This document shows positions 60,867 to 64,000 of a stretch of DNA of 64,000 bases, in pieces. The notes under the pieces were generated by a model. That model ran no database searches and was not told the DNA's origin. It worked only from the letters and a program-made list of their open reading frames with translations. The first letter of the stretch is position 1; every line of letters begins with the position of its first letter. Made by a program: the position numbers and the translations under genes. This DNA is from Spirochaetaceae bacterium (GTDB lineage: Bacteria; Spirochaetota; Spirochaetia; DSM-2461), in the NCBI GenBank assembly GCA_051531975.1, contig JAOPTT010000008.1, positions 73,263 through 137,262 of the forward strand. Direction: 5' to 3'.

Positions 60867-62024
60867 TTAAGAAAGCAACTCAGGGTAGTCTATAGACATA
60901 CCTGAACAGATTTTAATATCGATAAACTTCGCTTTAAATCCAAATATTTTATCATAATCTTCTAAGTGGCTTGAGAACTTCTCATAACCAACAGAATCCA
61001 TAATAAAGATAACAACCCCACTAGTTATTTCTCCAGAAGCTTTACCGCCAAAAACTCCTTCTGTTTCAACACCTCTTTTAATTAACCAATCAACTTCGGG
61101 ACATGTAGTTTCAAATAAGTCTCTTAATCCTTCATGTGATCTAACGAGGTATCTACCAAAGAGCTTAAGATCATTAGATTCCAAAACCTGTTTTTCTTCT
61201 ATAGATCTCTTTATTTCTTCTACAATAAATATTGCTTTTCTCTTAATTCTCTCAGAAACATCAATACAACTTCTAACTTCTGCTACTCTATAATTTCTTA
61301 GTGAATGGCTATTTTTTCCTTTTGAAAGGGTATTAGCCAAATCATATAAGCCATCTCGGTCTTCTAAATAGTCAATTTCAATTTCATTATTATTTACACC
61401 AGGATTTAGGACAACAATTTTTGAAACTCCAGCACCTATTTTTATACTACTATAATCTAGAGTTGATGCATCTAAATAAAACAGAGCGTTCTGTTCATTA
61501 AAAAACATAGTCATTGATTCATCCAATCCTGTATACAGACCCATAAAAACAGACTCTGAAAACCGTGATGCCTCAACTAAGTTCAACCAAGAAAGTTCGA
61601 TATTGTACAAAGTTTTAATACAGCATGCTGCCGCTAAGCACATTGCAGATGATGAACCTAATCCTATTTTTTCTGGAATAGTACTATTTATTGTAATATC
61701 CATCCCACTAAGATTATATCCACCTTGTAAAACTGATACTAAAACACCCTTAATATAATTTGCCCAGCGATCTTCTCTTTTATTTTTTATATTTGAAATC
61801 GATGTTTTTTTTCTTTCATTATAATTAGCGGAATAAAACCTAACAGAATTATCCTCTCGTTTTGATATTGCGACTGTGCAATAAAGATTAACTGAAGCTG
61901 ATATTAGTACTCCATCATTATACTCTGTGTGTTCCCCTGAAAAAGTTATTTTACCAGGACAGGAGTAAAAGACTTCTGGAATATGCCCGTATTCTTCTTT
62001 GTGTTTTAATTCTATTTCTGTCAC
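60867..62024 (-). CDS. Galactokinase-like GHMP kinase (divergent)
   Basis: PGK...GEHTEYNDG, WANYIKGV, IP...GLGSSSA, SH..LRD.FE.TCPE.D. Confidence 0.8.
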   Translation of the reverse strand: MTEIELKHKEEYGHIPEVFYSCPGKITFSGEHTEYNDGVLISASVNLYCTVAISKREDNSVRFYSANYNERKKTSISNIKNKREDRWANYIKGVLVSVLQGGYNLSGMDITINSTIPEKIGLGSSSAMCLAAACCIKTLYNIELSWLNLVEASRFSESVFMGLYTGLDESMTMFFNEQNALFYLDASTLDYSSIKIGAGVSKIVVLNPGVNNNEIEIDYLEDRDGLYDLANTLSKGKNSHSLRNYRVAEVRSCIDVSERIKRKAIFIVEEIKRSIEEKQVLESNDLKLFGRYLVRSHEGLRDLFETTCPEVDWLIKRGVETEGVFGGKASGEITSGVVIFIMDSVGYEKFSSHLEDYDKIFGFKAKFIDIKICSGMSIDYPELLS

Positions 62025-62085
62025 TCACATCTCCATTAAATAACCTTTCAGTTTAATAATAAGTGATAAATAGTGAGAACACAAT

Positions 62086-62115
62086 AAAAAAAAAGAGACG
62101 CATAGGCGTCTCTTT
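62086..62115 (-). terminator. Intrinsic terminator after rho-rpmE
   Basis: AAAGAGACGC-CTAT-GCGTCTCTTT plus T run on the minus strand. Confidence 0.9.
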
Positions 62116-62140
62116 CATTACAATACTTACTAATAAGATT

Positions 62141-62341
62141 TTACTTAACTTTGTATCTCTTGTTAAATTTCTCAATTCTACCAGCAGTATCTACAAGTTT
62201 TTGTGTACCAGTATAGAATGGGTGACATTTTGAACAAATGTCCATTTTAATATCCCCAACTGTTGTTCTTGTCTCTACTACATTTCCACATACACAAGTG
62301 CATTTTGCTGCTTCATACTTTGGGTGTATATCTTTCTTCAC
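62141..62341 (-). CDS. rpmE: 50S ribosomal protein L31 (Zn-binding, Cys-containing type)
   Basis: [36 protein letters not shown] start. Confidence 0.97.
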   Translation of the reverse strand: MKKDIHPKYEAAKCTCVCGNVVETRTTVGDIKMDICSKCHPFYTGTQKLVDTAGRIEKFNKRYKVK

Positions 62342-62373
62342 AATTACCTCCTAAGGTTATAAAAGACCACAAA

Positions 62374-64000
<1,627 letters not shown>

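Overview
AT-rich bacterial chromosomal window, most likely from a free-living, probably anaerobic spirochaete. The call rests on gene order matching what I recall for Borrelia/Treponema (gltX-glyS-tyrS near an HD-GYP gene; murC-yicC-cmk-rpoZ-miaA-bS22; cysS/murB next to an ECF sigma gene; rho-rpmE). Most genes are on the minus strand and are core housekeeping: five aminoacyl-tRNA synthetases, dxs, miaA, murB/C, glyA, clpS-clpA-aat, mgtE, rho, rpmE. Accessory blocks: (i) a TetR-linked ferredoxin/aldehyde:ferredoxin oxidoreductase/SCP2-like/Fe-ADH operon; (ii) an RsbR-RsbT-RsbX stressosome-like module lacking RsbS and coupled to queH; (iii) a ~9 kb cluster of mostly exported proteins (transglutaminase-like Cys enzyme, MORN-repeat lipoprotein, signal-peptide caspase, LPP20-like and DUF4384-like lipoproteins, M15-like Zn peptidase). 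Two coding regions missing from the ORF track were read directly: a 29-aa ribosomal protein bS22 and a partial CxxCH heme-binding membrane sensor at the left edge. The most striking single signal is a 32-Asn homopolymer, containing a perfect (AAT)24 microsatellite, in the N-terminal extension of Rho. No rRNA, tRNA, CRISPR array, IS or prophage was recognised. All family assignments come from motif recognition by eye; no searches were run.
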